Positions 21,255 to 32,061 are shown, counted from the stretch's first letter. The stretch: 64,000 bases of DNA from Alphaproteobacteria bacterium (GCA_963665325.3 CAXXWS020000003.1:224001-288000), one strand, 5' to 3'. Numbers and translations are program-made. Notes: generated by a model from the sequence alone, not told the origin.

Positions 21255-21989
21255 ATGCGCCTTGACGGGAAGACTGCGATCGTGACGGGAGCCGGCTCCG
21301 GCATCGGGCGGGCCGTGGCGGAGACGCTGGCCGGGGCGGGCGCGCATGTGGTCGCGACCGATATCGACGAGGCGGCCGTGGCCGAGACCGCGGCCGCGGC
21401 GCGCGAGGCCGGCGGCTCGGCGGAGGCGCGCGCGCTAGACGTCACCGACAAGGCCGCCATCCTGGAGACCGCCGCCTCGCTCGGCGCCGTCGATGTGCTG
21501 GCCAATGTCGCGGGCTGGGACCGGATCATGCCCTTCACCGAGAACACGCCCGAGTTCATCGAGCGCATCGTCGAGCTCAACTATCTGGGCGCGGTGCGCA
21601 TGTGCCACGCACTGCTGCCGGCGATGATCGAGGCGGGCGGCGGCAAGATCGTCTCCGTCTCCTCTGACGCCGGCCGCGTCGGCTCGATGGGCGAGACCGT
21701 CTATGCCGGCGCCAAGGGCGGGATCATCGCCTTTTCCAAGTCGCTCGCCCGCGAGATGGCGCGGAACAACATCAACGTGAACGTGGTCTGCCCCGGCCCC
21801 ACCGACACGCCGCTCTTCCGCGGCCAGCCGGAGCGGATGCAGCAGGCCCTGATCCGCGCCATCCCCTTCCGCCGGGTCGGCACGCCGCAGGACCTCGCCA
21901 ACGCGGTTCTGTTCTTCGCCGGCCCGCTCAGCGACTATGTCACGGGCCAGGTGCTGAGCGTCTCCGGCGGCCTCACCATGGTGGACTGA
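21255..21989 (+). CDS. SDR oxidoreductase (BadH/FabG-like)
   Basis: TGAGSGIG, NVAGWD, YAGAKGG, CPGPTDT. Confidence 0.9.
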   Translation: MRLDGKTAIVTGAGSGIGRAVAETLAGAGAHVVATDIDEAAVAETAAAAREAGGSAEARALDVTDKAAILETAASLGAVDVLANVAGWDRIMPFTENTPEFIERIVELNYLGAVRMCHALLPAMIEAGGGKIVSVSSDAGRVGSMGETVYAGAKGGIIAFSKSLAREMARNNINVNVVCPGPTDTPLFRGQPERMQQALIRAIPFRRVGTPQDLANAVLFFAGPLSDYVTGQVLSVSGGLTMVD

Positions 21990-22482
21990 CCGCGTCCTCC
22001 TCCCCGATGAGCGCGGCGGACAGCCGCTCGTCCACGCGGCCGGGATGGTCGGGGTCGGCGGAATCGACATATTCGACGAGGCAGAGCGCGACGGAGACCG
22101 CGCCGCCCGCGCCGTCCTCTCCGTGGAGGATGGCCGGGACCGTGTAGCCGACCTCGCGCGGATAGGCATCGTGCGGCTCCAGCCGTTCGAAGCCCTCGAT
22201 GAGCGGCGTCTCGACCTCGCCGACCAGCACGGCCGGGCCGGTGCGCCGTCCCTCCCGCCGCCCGGCGGCGAGCCAGCGCAGCTCCGCCCCGTCGGCAATC
22301 ATGCGCGCGTCGAAGGCGGCCTCGACCAGCGGCGGGCCGGCCTCGAAGGAGGCGACCCGGACGCCCTCCGCGGTGGTGAACAGCGCCGTGCCGGGGCCGA
22401 GGCCGAGCCGGCGCCAGGCATCGACGGTCCAGGCGAGCGTGGCTTCGTCGGCCCGCGCCCGGTAGAGGCGGACGGCGCTCAC
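21973..22482 (-). CDS. Csx19-like (type III-D CRISPR-associated) protein, orphan
   Basis: FDARM..AELRWL..G..GPAVLV.E and EYVD..G.VDERL resemble the Csx19/TIGR03984 pattern as I recall it. Confidence 0.5.
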   Translation of the reverse strand: MSAVRLYRARADEATLAWTVDAWRRLGLGPGTALFTTAEGVRVASFEAGPPLVEAAFDARMIADGAELRWLAAGRREGRRTGPAVLVGEVETPLIEGFERLEPHDAYPREVGYTVPAILHGEDGAGGAVSVALCLVEYVDSADPDHPGRVDERLSAALIGEEDAVSPPW

Positions 22483-22507
22483 GCGGTGGGACTTTGCGGG
22501 AGGCTGC

Positions 22508-22583
22508 TGGTGGGCCCGGCAGGATTCGAACCTGCGACAACGCCGTTATGAGCGGCGGGTTCTGACCGCTGAACTACGGGCCC
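22508..22583 (-). tRNA. tRNA with CAU anticodon, probably tRNA-Ile2 (lysidine) rather than Met
   Basis: GGGCCCGTAGTTCAGCGGTCAGAACCCGCCGCT-CAT-AACGGCGTTGTCGCAGGTTCGAATCCTGCCGGGCCCACCA; encoded CCA; upstream TTGCGG-17-TATATT. Confidence 0.93.
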
Positions 22584-22629
22584 GCTGCAATATAGCCCGG
22601 ACCGGCCGCCGCAATCGAGGGGCCGCGTC

Positions 22630-25095
22630 TCAGTCGACATCGAAAACGGCCTGCTTGAGCACGGTGGCGAGCTCCGCGACGGGGGCGGCCCAGTCGTCCA
22701 GGCGCTCCTGGCGGAACAGGCGCGAGGCCGGATACCAGGGGCTGTCGTCGCGGTCCGAGAGCCAGCGCCAGTGCGCCGGGCGGGTCAGCAGCACGGCCGC
22801 GGGCACGCCGAGCGCGCCGGCGACATGCACCGCCGGGCCGTCCGGGCCGATGACCATGTCGAGGGACGAGATCGCTGCCGCCAGTTCCGCGGCATCGGTG
22901 ATCCGGGTCGAGATGTCGGTGATGCCGGCACGGCTGCGGAGCGCCGCCAGCGTTCGCGAGCCGGCCTCGGTCTCCAGGCTGAAAAAGGCCGCGCCCTCGG
23001 TGTCGAACAGCGGCGCCATCGCCTCCAGAAGCGCGCGGTCGCCCCAGGCGACGCCGACCCGCAGCCTGGCCGGCCGGGCGAAGCGGGACCGCCAGTGGCG
23101 CGCCAGCATCTCGTTGGGCCGGATATAGGGGATGTTGGCGGGGATCGTCTCCAGCGTCGTGCGGAACAGGCGGGGCAGGGCCGCGGCCGGCAGCGTCACG
23201 GCCCCTTGCGGCCGGGCCTGCCCGGCGACGAGCACGCCGTCCACACCGTCCAGGCCGGCAATCAGGCGCTGGAGCCCCGGTCGTACCGCCGCCAGCACCC
23301 GCCCGGCGGACTCCAGCAGCGGTGCATAGCGCAGCAGCCAGATCGCCTCGATATCGTTGGCGACCGCGTCGATGATGACCTCCGCGCCCCTGACGGCCCG
23401 GAGCCCGGCCGGCGGCAGCGGCCCTGCGGGCAGCAGCGGCAGGCCCGCGTCGAAATCGCCCCGGCTCAGCAGCGCGGAGGCAAGCGCGGCCGCCGTGGCG
23501 CGATCGTCGGGCGCGAGGTCGTGGGCGTCGGTATAGACCTCCAGCGCCTCGTCGGCGCGGCCGAGCGCCTCCAACGCAGCGGCGTGCTGGAGGCGCGGCT
23601 CCGGGGAGGCCGGATCCAGGGTCACGGCGCGGGCCGCGATCCGCTCGCGGTCCCGGTGCGCGCCAATCCGCGCCAGCACCCCGGCGAAGGCGCTGTGGAC
23701 CCCGGCGTCGCCGGGCGCAGCGGCCACGGCGCGGTGCAGCGCACGGGCGGCGTCGTCAAGGCGGTCCTGGGCCAGCGCCAGATCGCCCAGCAGGCGGTGC
23801 ATCCGCGCGTCCCCGCGCCACGGGTGCCCGCCGGCGGCCAGCAGCGCCGCCGCGCGGCGCACCTGCCCCTCGGCAAGCGCGGCCTCGGCTGCGGCAAGCC
23901 GGTCCGCGTTCCGGGCAAGGCCGCGCTCGATCTCGCGCCGGACGATGGCGAGCGGCACGCTCCAGTCTCCGGCGCGCTCCTGCCGCACGAGGCGCATGGA
24001 GGGATACCACGGCGTGTCGCGCCGGGCTTGGAGCCAGCGCCAGTCGGGAGCGATGCCGAGCATCATCCAGCAGGGCCGGCCGAGCGTGCCCGCGAGATGG
24101 CCGATCGGATTGTCGTCGCTCACCACCATCTCGAACTCCTCGAGCACCGCGGCGGCAGCATCCAGCGCGAACGGCGCATCGGCCAGCGGCGTCATGCCTG
24201 GCACCGGCTCGAGGAAAGTGTAGAAGTGGGCACCGGCGAGATCGCGAAGCCCTTCCGGCCAGGGCTCGACGCCGCTCCAGGCGACCGCGATGCGCGGCGA
24301 GGGCGCTCCGGCCAGCGCCTCCTGCCAGTAGCGCCGCTGCCTGGGATTCACGTGCAGGCCGGCGGGCGGCGGCACGGTCGCCGGCGTCGTCTCGAACACG
24401 CGCGGCAGGTCGTCGAAACCGACCGTGAGGTCGTAGGGCGGGCGGTTCTCGCCCGGTGCAGCGAGCCAGAGCAGGCCGGGCAACTCCGACAGCAGTCCGG
24501 CGGCCGCCTCGCTGCAGGCAATGGCCGGCACGGCGCCCCGCGCGCGCAGCGCCGGCAGGTAGCGGGAGAACTGTACGGCGTCAACGTCGTTCTCGCCGGC
24601 GTCCACCAGCAGGGTTTCGCCGTCGAGGCGCCGTCCCTCCCAACGTGGCGGCCGGTAGCGGCTGGTATCGCCGGCAGTGTCTTCCAGCGCCCGCGCGCGC
24701 CCCCAGGCGGCCCAGCCTTCCGCATAGCGGCCGTTCAGAAGCAGCAGCGTGCCGTTCAACCAGTGAATGTCGATATCGCCCGGCGCCAGCTGGGCAGCGC
24801 GCGCGGCCGAAACCGATGCCTCGCCGGTCAAGCCGATCTGGCGCAGAACCAGTGCCAGTTCGCCCAGAATCCCCGCATCGGAGGGCCGCAGGTCCGCGGC
24901 CAAGCGCAAATGCCGGGCGGCCTCGTCCTGGCGGCCCTGTCCGTAATGCAGCCGTGCCAGGCCCAGATGGCCGTCGGCGCGGCCGGCCTCCATTTCCAGC
25001 ATCCGCTCATAGAGCGCCGCTGCACGCTCATGATCCCCGGCGGCAAGCAGCTCGGCGGCGTGCCGGACCGTTTCTTCAAGGGACGAGGCGTTCAT
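22630..25095 (-). CDS. TPR + glycosyltransferase-like protein with two tandem modules
   Basis: Two copies of TPRs followed by HLAGTLG..DWRW..TPWYPSMRLVRQ / HVAGALG..HWRW..SPWYPASRLFRQ. Confidence 0.8.
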   Translation of the reverse strand: MNASSLEETVRHAAELLAAGDHERAAALYERMLEMEAGRADGHLGLARLHYGQGRQDEAARHLRLAADLRPSDAGILGELALVLRQIGLTGEASVSAARAAQLAPGDIDIHWLNGTLLLLNGRYAEGWAAWGRARALEDTAGDTSRYRPPRWEGRRLDGETLLVDAGENDVDAVQFSRYLPALRARGAVPAIACSEAAAGLLSELPGLLWLAAPGENRPPYDLTVGFDDLPRVFETTPATVPPPAGLHVNPRQRRYWQEALAGAPSPRIAVAWSGVEPWPEGLRDLAGAHFYTFLEPVPGMTPLADAPFALDAAAAVLEEFEMVVSDDNPIGHLAGTLGRPCWMMLGIAPDWRWLQARRDTPWYPSMRLVRQERAGDWSVPLAIVRREIERGLARNADRLAAAEAALAEGQVRRAAALLAAGGHPWRGDARMHRLLGDLALAQDRLDDAARALHRAVAAAPGDAGVHSAFAGVLARIGAHRDRERIAARAVTLDPASPEPRLQHAAALEALGRADEALEVYTDAHDLAPDDRATAAALASALLSRGDFDAGLPLLPAGPLPPAGLRAVRGAEVIIDAVANDIEAIWLLRYAPLLESAGRVLAAVRPGLQRLIAGLDGVDGVLVAGQARPQGAVTLPAAALPRLFRTTLETIPANIPYIRPNEMLARHWRSRFARPARLRVGVAWGDRALLEAMAPLFDTEGAAFFSLETEAGSRTLAALRSRAGITDISTRITDAAELAAAISSLDMVIGPDGPAVHVAGALGVPAAVLLTRPAHWRWLSDRDDSPWYPASRLFRQERLDDWAAPVAELATVLKQAVFDVD

Positions 25096-25223
25096 GGAAC
25101 GCCCTCCGGCGTGGCTCCGGGGCGAAGAAAAGGCATAGAGTACCTACATAAAGTATCCGGGCTTGCGAGAAGGAACACAAGCATGAAACGGTCCGGCATA
25201 TCGGGCGGCGGAGAGGCAGACGG

Positions 25224-26651
25224 ATGACGGAAACGGTCCATGTGGATATCGCGGTGGTCGGCGGCGGTTCGGGCGGGCTCTCCGTGGCGGCCGGAGCCGC
25301 GCAGATGGGCGCCTCGGTGCTGCTGTTCGAGAAGGGCCGGATGGGCGGCGATTGCCTGAACTACGGCTGCGTGCCGTCCAAGGCCACCATCGCCGCCGCC
25401 CACGCCGCCTCGGCGTTCCGCAAAGCGGGCCGCTTCGGCATTGCCCCTGAGGCACCCAGAGTCGATGCCGCCGCGCTCCGCAGCCATGTGCAGGGCGTCA
25501 TCGCCGCCATCGCGCCGCATGACAGCGTCGAACGCTTCGAGGGCCTGGGCGTGCGCGTGGTCGAGGCGCCCGCCCGGTTCGTCGGCCGGCGGCTGCTCGA
25601 AGGCGGCGGCGTTCGCACAAAGGCCCGCTGGATCGTGCTGGCGACCGGGTCCGGGCCGGTGGTGCCGCCCGTTCCCGGCCTCGACCGTCTGCCGTTCCTC
25701 ACCAACGAAACCGTCTTTGACCTGGAGGAAACGCCGGCGCATCTGCTGGTGCTCGGCGGCGGTCCGGTCGGCATCGAGCTTGCCCAGGCGCACCGCCGGC
25801 TCGGCGCGGAGGTGACGGTGGTGCAGCGCGGGCCGATCCTGCCACGCGACGATGCCGACGCCGCCGCGCTCATCCGCGCGCGCCTCGTGGCGGAGGGCGT
25901 GCGGCTCTGCGAGCATGCGGCGGTGACCGAGGCGTCCGGCGGGCCCGGCAACATCGTCCTGCATTTCGAGGCGGATGGCCGCCGGGAGACCGCGCAAGGG
26001 ACGCATCTCCTGGTCGCGGCCGGGCGCCGTCCCGACCTCGCGGGCCTCGACCTCGACACCGGCGGCATCGCGTGGACGCCGGAAGGGGTCACGGTGGATG
26101 CGAGGCTGCGCTCGTCGGACAGGCGCGTGCTCGCGGTCGGCGATGTCGCAGGCGGGCTGCGCTTCACCCATGTCGCGGGCTACCACGCGGGCATTGCGAT
26201 CCGCAATGCGCTGTTCCGTATCCCCGCCAGGGCGGATACGACCGCCGCGCCCTGGGTGACCTATACGGATCCCGAGCTCGCCCATGTCGGCATGACCGGG
26301 GCGGAGGCGAAAGCGGCGTTCGGGAACAGGGCGCGGGTGTTGCGCCAGGAATTCGCCGAAAACGACCGCGCCCGGGCGGAGCGCGACACCGAGGGATTCA
26401 TCAAGGCGGTGGTCGGGCCGAGGGGGAGGGTGCTGGGCGCCACGATCGTCGGCCCCCATGCGGGGGAACTCATCCAGCCCTGGGTGCTGTCGGTGTCGCA
26501 GAAGCTCCGCATCGGAGCGCTGGCAGGCATGATCGCGCCTTATCCGACGCTCGGCGAGGTGTCGAAACGCGCCGCCGGCAGCTACTACACCGATGCGTTG
26601 TTCGGCCCTCGCACCCGCCGTCTGGTTCGCTTCCTGATGCGCTTTGCCTGA
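25224..26651 (+). CDS. Pyridine nucleotide-disulfide oxidoreductase (Lpd/MerA-like)
   Basis: GGGSGG, GGDCLNYGCVPSK, GGGPVGIE, YTDPE, PYPTLGE. Confidence 0.9.
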   Translation: MTETVHVDIAVVGGGSGGLSVAAGAAQMGASVLLFEKGRMGGDCLNYGCVPSKATIAAAHAASAFRKAGRFGIAPEAPRVDAAALRSHVQGVIAAIAPHDSVERFEGLGVRVVEAPARFVGRRLLEGGGVRTKARWIVLATGSGPVVPPVPGLDRLPFLTNETVFDLEETPAHLLVLGGGPVGIELAQAHRRLGAEVTVVQRGPILPRDDADAAALIRARLVAEGVRLCEHAAVTEASGGPGNIVLHFEADGRRETAQGTHLLVAAGRRPDLAGLDLDTGGIAWTPEGVTVDARLRSSDRRVLAVGDVAGGLRFTHVAGYHAGIAIRNALFRIPARADTTAAPWVTYTDPELAHVGMTGAEAKAAFGNRARVLRQEFAENDRARAERDTEGFIKAVVGPRGRVLGATIVGPHAGELIQPWVLSVSQKLRIGALAGMIAPYPTLGEVSKRAAGSYYTDALFGPRTRRLVRFLMRFA

Positions 26652-26690
26652 CCGGGCGCGACAAGACCGCCTGGATGCTCGACACGCATC

Positions 26691-27821
26691 TCAGATGAGC
26701 AGGTAGCGGATCACCGCGTCCAGCCGCTGCCGCCCGGAAGCGGTCGCCTGCAGGCGGTCCGGGCGATCGCATAGCAGCCCTTCATCGTGAAGATGCGCCA
26801 GCCGATGCATGTCGATGGCGGGCTCCAGCCCTTCTGCCGGGATGCCTTCCGCAAGCCGGAGGCCCGTCTGGATGCGCTCTTGCATCGCTTCGAGCGGCGT
26901 GAGCCGGCGGCGCTCCCGGACGGCGCGGCCCGCGCAGGCAGCTTCGGCCAGCCAGGGTTCCGGAGCGCGCCGCTCCTCCGTCGCGATACGCCCCTCGACC
27001 GTGTCGATGCGGCCGTGCGCGCCCGGCCCGACGCCGATCCACTCCCCGCCCCGCCAATAGACCAGGTTGTGCCGGCAGGCGGCGCCCGGCAGGGCGTGGT
27101 TCGAGATCTCGTAGGCAAGCAGGCCGGCGGCGACGAGGCGCTCCTGCGTGGTTTCGTAAAGCGCCGCCGCCTCGTCTTCATCGGGGACGCGGAATTCGCC
27201 CCTCGCAGCGCGCGGCGCAAACGCCGTGCCCGGTTCGATTGTGAGCTGGTAGAGGGACAAGTGCTCACCCGCGAGCGCGAGCGCCTCATCGAGGCGTGCG
27301 GCCCACTCGGCGGCGGTGTGGCCGGGCAGCGCATAGATGAGGTCGAAGGAGACGCGCGGGAAGCTGCGGTGCGCCAGTTCGAGAGCGGCGCGGGCGGCGC
27401 GCGCATCGTGGCGGCGGCCGAGAAAGGCGAGCTCGTCGTCCCGAAACGACTGGACGCCGAGCGAGAGCCGGTTGATGCCGGCTGCGGCGAAGTCACGAAA
27501 GCGCCCGGCCTCGACCGAGCCGGGATTGGCTTCGAGCGTTACTTCGAGACCGTCGGCGACAGGCCAGAGCGCGCGCACCCGCTCCAGCACCGCGCCGGCG
27601 GTTTCCGGCGCCATAAGCGAGGGTGTGCCGCCGCCGAAGAAGACGCTCCCGACCGTGCGCCCCGGCGTTTCGGCGGCCCAGCTCTCCAGCGAGCCCAGCA
27701 AGGCGGCGCGCCAGACCGCCTGGTCCACACGCTCGCGCACATGGCTGTTGAAGTCGCAATAGGGGCATTTGGACTCGCAGAACGGCCAATGCACATAGAC
27801 GGCGAAGCCCCGGTCGGTCAT
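26691..27821 (-). CDS. hemW: Radical SAM heme chaperone HemW
   Basis: [35 protein letters not shown]. Confidence 0.93.
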   Translation of the reverse strand: MTDRGFAVYVHWPFCESKCPYCDFNSHVRERVDQAVWRAALLGSLESWAAETPGRTVGSVFFGGGTPSLMAPETAGAVLERVRALWPVADGLEVTLEANPGSVEAGRFRDFAAAGINRLSLGVQSFRDDELAFLGRRHDARAARAALELAHRSFPRVSFDLIYALPGHTAAEWAARLDEALALAGEHLSLYQLTIEPGTAFAPRAARGEFRVPDEDEAAALYETTQERLVAAGLLAYEISNHALPGAACRHNLVYWRGGEWIGVGPGAHGRIDTVEGRIATEERRAPEPWLAEAACAGRAVRERRRLTPLEAMQERIQTGLRLAEGIPAEGLEPAIDMHRLAHLHDEGLLCDRPDRLQATASGRQRLDAVIRYLLI

Positions 27822-28408
27822 GGAAAACAGGCCGCAGCGAGCTTCTCGAAGGCCCGCGCCCGGTGACTGATGCGCGCCTTCGCTTTCGGGTCCATCTCGC
27901 CGAAGGTCTCGCCGTGGCCTTCCGGCACGAAGATCGGGTCGTAGCCGAAGCCCCGCTCCCCGCGCGGCGGCCAGACCAGCCGGCCCTCCACCCGGCCCTC
28001 GAAGGACTCGACATGCCCGTCCGGCCAGGCGAGCGCCAGCGCGGCGACGAAAGCGGCCTCGCGGAGCCGGTCTCCGAGGCGCTCATGCACAGTCGCCATT
28101 GCGCGTGAGAAATCCCGGTCGGGCCCGGCCCAGCGGGCGGAATAGATGCCGGGCGCGCCGTCGAGCGCGGCGACTGCAAGGCCGGAATCGTCCGCCAGCG
28201 CCGGCAGACCGGAGCGGGCGGCCGCATGCGCCTTGAGTTCGGCATTGGCGAGGAAGGTGTCGCCCGTTTCCTCCGGCTCCGGAAGGCCGAGCAAGGCCGC
28301 CGCCATGCCCTTGATGCCGTATGGCGCCAGCAATTCGGCGACCTCGCGAACCTTGCCGGCATTGTGGCTGGCGATGACGAGCCGCTTGCCGCCCAGGCGC
28401 CGGGTCAC
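27818..28408 (-). CDS. rdgB: RdgB non-canonical purine NTP pyrophosphatase
   Basis: [27 protein letters not shown]. Confidence 0.93.
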   Translation of the reverse strand: MTRRLGGKRLVIASHNAGKVREVAELLAPYGIKGMAAALLGLPEPEETGDTFLANAELKAHAAARSGLPALADDSGLAVAALDGAPGIYSARWAGPDRDFSRAMATVHERLGDRLREAAFVAALALAWPDGHVESFEGRVEGRLVWPPRGERGFGYDPIFVPEGHGETFGEMDPKAKARISHRARAFEKLAAACFP

Positions 28409-29133
28409 GGGGCGAGAGCGCGGCGCTGCGCCTCTGCGAGCCGGGCGCAGCCGGCCTCGGCGAGATCGAGCAGGGCGTCCAGCCGGGCGCGGGGAAAGGC
28501 CGTCTTCTCCGCCGTCGCCTGCACTTCGACCAGCGCGCCGGAGCCGGTCAGCACGAAATTCGCGTCCGCCTCCGCCGTACTGTCCTCGGCGTAGTCGAGA
28601 TCGAGAACCGGTTGGCCGCGCCAGAGCCCGCAGGAAATGGCGGCGACCGAATCCGCCAGCACCGGTTTCTTCACCGCGCCGATGCGCTGCAGGTGCCGGC
28701 AGGCGAGCGCCAGCGCCACATAGCCGCCTGTCACGGCAGCGGTGCGCGTGCCGCCATCGGCCTGCAGCACGTCGCAATCGATGCGGATCTGGATCTCGCC
28801 GAGCGCTTCCAGATCCGCGACCGCGCGCAGCGACCGGCCGATCAGGCGTTGGATCTCCTGCGTGCGTCCGCTCTGGCGCCCGCGCGCCGCCTCGCGGTCG
28901 GTGCGCTCATGGGTGGAACGCGGCAGCATGCCGTATTCGGCCGTGATCCAACCGCGCCCGCGCCCGCGCAGCCAGGGCGGAACGCGGGTTTCCACCGAGG
29001 CCGCGGCGAGCACGCGCGTTGCGCCAAAGCTCGCAAGGCAGGAGCCTTCCGCGTAGGGCGCCCAGCCGGGCTCCAGGAGGACGGCGCGGAGTTCGTCGGG
29101 GCGGCGTCCGGAGGGTCGGACGGTCTCTGTCAT
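28405..29133 (-). CDS. rph: Ribonuclease PH
   Basis: [43 protein letters not shown]. Confidence 0.96.
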   Translation of the reverse strand: MTETVRPSGRRPDELRAVLLEPGWAPYAEGSCLASFGATRVLAAASVETRVPPWLRGRGRGWITAEYGMLPRSTHERTDREAARGRQSGRTQEIQRLIGRSLRAVADLEALGEIQIRIDCDVLQADGGTRTAAVTGGYVALALACRHLQRIGAVKKPVLADSVAAISCGLWRGQPVLDLDYAEDSTAEADANFVLTGSGALVEVQATAEKTAFPRARLDALLDLAEAGCARLAEAQRRALAP

Positions 29134-29229
29134 GGGCTCGCTACTCGCTTCCGGGGCCGGGCGCCCGGTTGACGCCTGCCCGGCGGGTTCCTAAATCGTC
29201 CGGGCACCGCTTGGAAGAGTCTTTGTTTC

Positions 29230-30297
29230 ATGGCCGGCTCGCCGGGACTTGCCGATCTCGACGAACGCTCGCGCGAGGTCTTCGGGTTGATCGTGGACGC
29301 CTGGATGGAGACGGGCGAGCCGGTCGGCTCGCGCACGCTCGCGCGCAAGCTCGACACGCCGCTCTCGCCCGCCACGATCCGCAATGTGATGGCGGACCTC
29401 CAGGAGCTGGGGCTCCTGTTCTCGCCGCACACCTCGGCCGGACGGCTGCCGACGGACGGGGGGCTCCGGCTATTCGTGGACGGCATCATGCAGACCGGCG
29501 GGCTGACCGACAGCGAATGCGCGGATATCGAGGCGCTTTGCGCCGGCACGGGCATCACCCTGGAGCAGAGTCTGGAGCGGGCGAGCCGGCTGCTGGCAGG
29601 CCTGACGCACCATGCTGGCCTGGTGGTGGCGCCGAAGCGGGCACAGCGGCTGAACCATATCGAGTTCGTGAATCTGGGCGAAGCGCGCGCGCTCGCCGTG
29701 ATGGTGGACGAATCCGGCCAGGTCGAGAACCGGATGGTGGCGCTGCCAGCGGGTCTGCCGGCCGATGCGCTGCAACGCGCCTCCAACTATCTCCAGTCCC
29801 GGCTTTCCGGGCGCTCGCTGGACGAGGCGCTGGCGGAGATCCGCACGGAGTTGGAGAATCGCCGCGCCGAGATCGACACACTGGCGCAGAGCGTGGTCGA
29901 GGCCGGGCTCGCGGTATGGGCGGGGGAACGCAGCCATGACGGCGGGCGGCTGATCGTCACGGGGCGCGCGCGGCTCCTGGACGATGTGCAGGCGGTCGAG
30001 GACCTGGAACGGCTGCGCGGCCTGTTCGACGCACTGGAGACGCGCGAGAACATCCTGCGCCTGGTGGAGGCGGCCCAGTCAGGCGAGGGGGTGCAGATCT
30101 TCATAGGGGCGGAAAACACGGTTTTCAGCCAGACGGGCATGTCCATGGTGGTCAGCCCCTACCGCGACGGGCAGGAGCGCGTCGTCGGCGCCATCGGCGT
30201 GCTGGGGCCGACCCGGCTGAATTATGCCCGCATCGTGCCGATGGTGGACTATACCGCACGGGTGATTGAACGAATGCTGGCTCCGGAACGGGGGTGA
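29230..30297 (+). CDS. hrcA: Heat-inducible repressor HrcA
   Basis: GEPVGSRTL, SPATIRNVMADL, PHTSAGRLPT, GPTRLNY. Confidence 0.95.
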   Translation: MAGSPGLADLDERSREVFGLIVDAWMETGEPVGSRTLARKLDTPLSPATIRNVMADLQELGLLFSPHTSAGRLPTDGGLRLFVDGIMQTGGLTDSECADIEALCAGTGITLEQSLERASRLLAGLTHHAGLVVAPKRAQRLNHIEFVNLGEARALAVMVDESGQVENRMVALPAGLPADALQRASNYLQSRLSGRSLDEALAEIRTELENRRAEIDTLAQSVVEAGLAVWAGERSHDGGRLIVTGRARLLDDVQAVEDLERLRGLFDALETRENILRLVEAAQSGEGVQIFIGAENTVFSQTGMSMVVSPYRDGQERVVGAIGVLGPTRLNYARIVPMVDYTARVIERMLAPERG

Positions 30298-30302
30298 GAG
30301 GA

Positions 30303-30950
30303 ATGGTGGACGGGGAACCGAAACCCGAAATGGAAGCGGAGCCGCCGGAAGCGGAGGCGGTGGCCGCCTCCGGCGACGGCGCGCCCGAGGAGGAAGCCGG
30401 GGCCGAGGCCGCCGGTCCGGAAGAGGTCGATCCGCTTGCCGAGCAGGCGGCGCGCATCGCCGAACTGGAGGTGGAGGCGCAGACGCTCAGGGACGAACGG
30501 CTGCGCGCGCTCGCCGAGGTGGAGAACATGCGCCGGCGCAGCGAGCGCGAGCGCCGGGAAGCGTCGCGTTACGGCGCCACTGCGCTGGCTCGCGACCTGC
30601 TGGGCATCGCGGACAATCTGCGCCGCGCGCTCGCCACCGGCGCGGCGGACGGGTTGCTGGAAGGGGTCGAGATGGTGGAGCGCGAACTCGGCGCCGCCTT
30701 CGCCCGCCACAATATCGCGCGTATCGAGGCCGAGGGAGAACGCTTCGACCACAATCGCCACCAGGCAATGTTCGAGATCGAAACCGCCGACGCCGAGGCC
30801 GGCACCGTCGTGCAGGTCGTCCAGGAAGGCTACCTCCTCCACGACCGCCTGCTGAGGCCGGCGATGGTGGGGGTGGCAAAGGCGCCAGCGGCGGCCGAGG
30901 AAGTTGCGCCGGCGAGCGGCGAGGAAACGGAAGCCAGCGACTCCGCTTGA
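30303..30950 (+). CDS. grpE: Nucleotide exchange factor GrpE
   Basis: LRALAEVENMRRR, FDHNRHQAM, GYLLHDRLLRPAMVGV. Confidence 0.95.
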   Translation: MVDGEPKPEMEAEPPEAEAVAASGDGAPEEEAGAEAAGPEEVDPLAEQAARIAELEVEAQTLRDERLRALAEVENMRRRSERERREASRYGATALARDLLGIADNLRRALATGAADGLLEGVEMVERELGAAFARHNIARIEAEGERFDHNRHQAMFEIETADAEAGTVVQVVQEGYLLHDRLLRPAMVGVAKAPAAAEEVAPASGEETEASDSA

Positions 30951-30992
30951 CCGGACACGGACAGGTATTTCGGCGGCGACGTGCCGCCGACG

Positions 30993-31580
30993 CTACCGCT
31001 TCATGAGGAATTGCATCAGGAATCCGACCGCTTTCGAAGCGTGAGACCGGAGTTCCGGCGGCAATTCTTCAACCGAAGACAGAACGATGTCGGCAGCCAC
31101 GTCGTTCAGGGCTTCCGCCTTGGAGAGCCGCCCATTGTCGTCGTAGTCGAAGTTCGCGATCACCGCATGCGACACCACCGGGCCGACCGTCGCAGTCCCG
31201 ACCACGACGACCGCCTCATTAGGTTCAGGGCGGCTTCCCTGCGGCCCGGCGGTCTGAAATTCCCGATAGTTCTCGGTATAGGCTTGATGAGCGGCCTTTC
31301 CGGATATGATGCGAAAAATCCTTGTGATCTCCGCGACGCTCAACTCCCCGTCTCCGGAGACGTCTGCGACATCCCAGAACCCGTTGATGCATGCAACCGG
31401 CCGATCACGGCCGTCGCAGACGTCGAGCAACGGCTGCAAATGGGCATCGAACAGACGCGCATGAAGTCCGGGACCGACCGGACCGCGCCTATCAGGATTG
31501 CCGCTCGATTGTCCCTGAGCGAAGCCGGCTGCAGCGACAAGGAACACTGCTGACAGAAAAGCGGAGACTGTCGTCTTCAT
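30993..31580 (-). CDS. Secreted EF-hand-like protein
   Basis: Signal peptide; DVSGDGELSVAE and DYDDNGRLSKAE loops. Confidence 0.7.
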   Translation of the reverse strand: MKTTVSAFLSAVFLVAAAGFAQGQSSGNPDRRGPVGPGLHARLFDAHLQPLLDVCDGRDRPVACINGFWDVADVSGDGELSVAEITRIFRIISGKAAHQAYTENYREFQTAGPQGSRPEPNEAVVVVGTATVGPVVSHAVIANFDYDDNGRLSKAEALNDVAADIVLSSVEELPPELRSHASKAVGFLMQFLMKR

Positions 31581-31632
31581 CGCACCCTCCTACCGATGTC
31601 GCGGGCGGTCCTGCGACCGCAAGGCTTCTTCC

Positions 31633-32061
31633 TCAAACGTAACGCCACTGGACCAGCGTATAGGGCGGCTCCGCCTCGTCGCGGTGCTCGAAGACGGCCT
31701 CGACCTCGGCACCGATGCGGACTTCCTGCATGGGATCGCCCAGCAGGTTGCCGACCATGCGCACATTGCCGGCCTCCGGCAGCTCCACCAGCACGACGAT
31801 ATAGGGGTCCCGGCCGCGCAGCGAGGGATGGACCGGGTGGTAGTTGCGCTCCCATGAGTAGATGCGGCCCTGACGGCCGGCCTCCGCCCAGCCGACATCG
31901 AACGACCGGCAGGCGTGGCAGCACCATTCCGGGCCCCACTGCCAGGCGCCGCAGGCTCCGCAGCGCTGCACCATGAGCCGCTCCTCGCGCGCCGCAGCCC
32001 AGAAGGGTTCGGTCAACTCATCCGCGATCGGGCGCGGCATCCCTTCCGGCAGGTAGCTCAC
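31633..32061 (-). CDS. Zn-ribbon/OB-fold (DUF35) thiolase partner
   Basis: QRCGAC..CHAC..GRIYSW; overlaps the thiolase stop. Confidence 0.88.
   Translation of the reverse strand: MSYLPEGMPRPIADELTEPFWAAAREERLMVQRCGACGAWQWGPEWCCHACRSFDVGWAEAGRQGRIYSWERNYHPVHPSLRGRDPYIVVLVELPEAGNVRMVGNLLGDPMQEVRIGAEVEAVFEHRDEAEPPYTLVQWRYV

Noticed and set aside
22508-22583. Integrated element with attL/attR at the tRNA
   Set aside because: I found no duplicate of the tRNA 3' end and no integrase in the window
25224-26651. True mercuric reductase
   Set aside because: No C-terminal Cys-Cys pair and no mer operon
29134-29229. CIRCE element at hrcA
   Set aside because: No TTAGCACTC-N9-GAGTGCTAA seen
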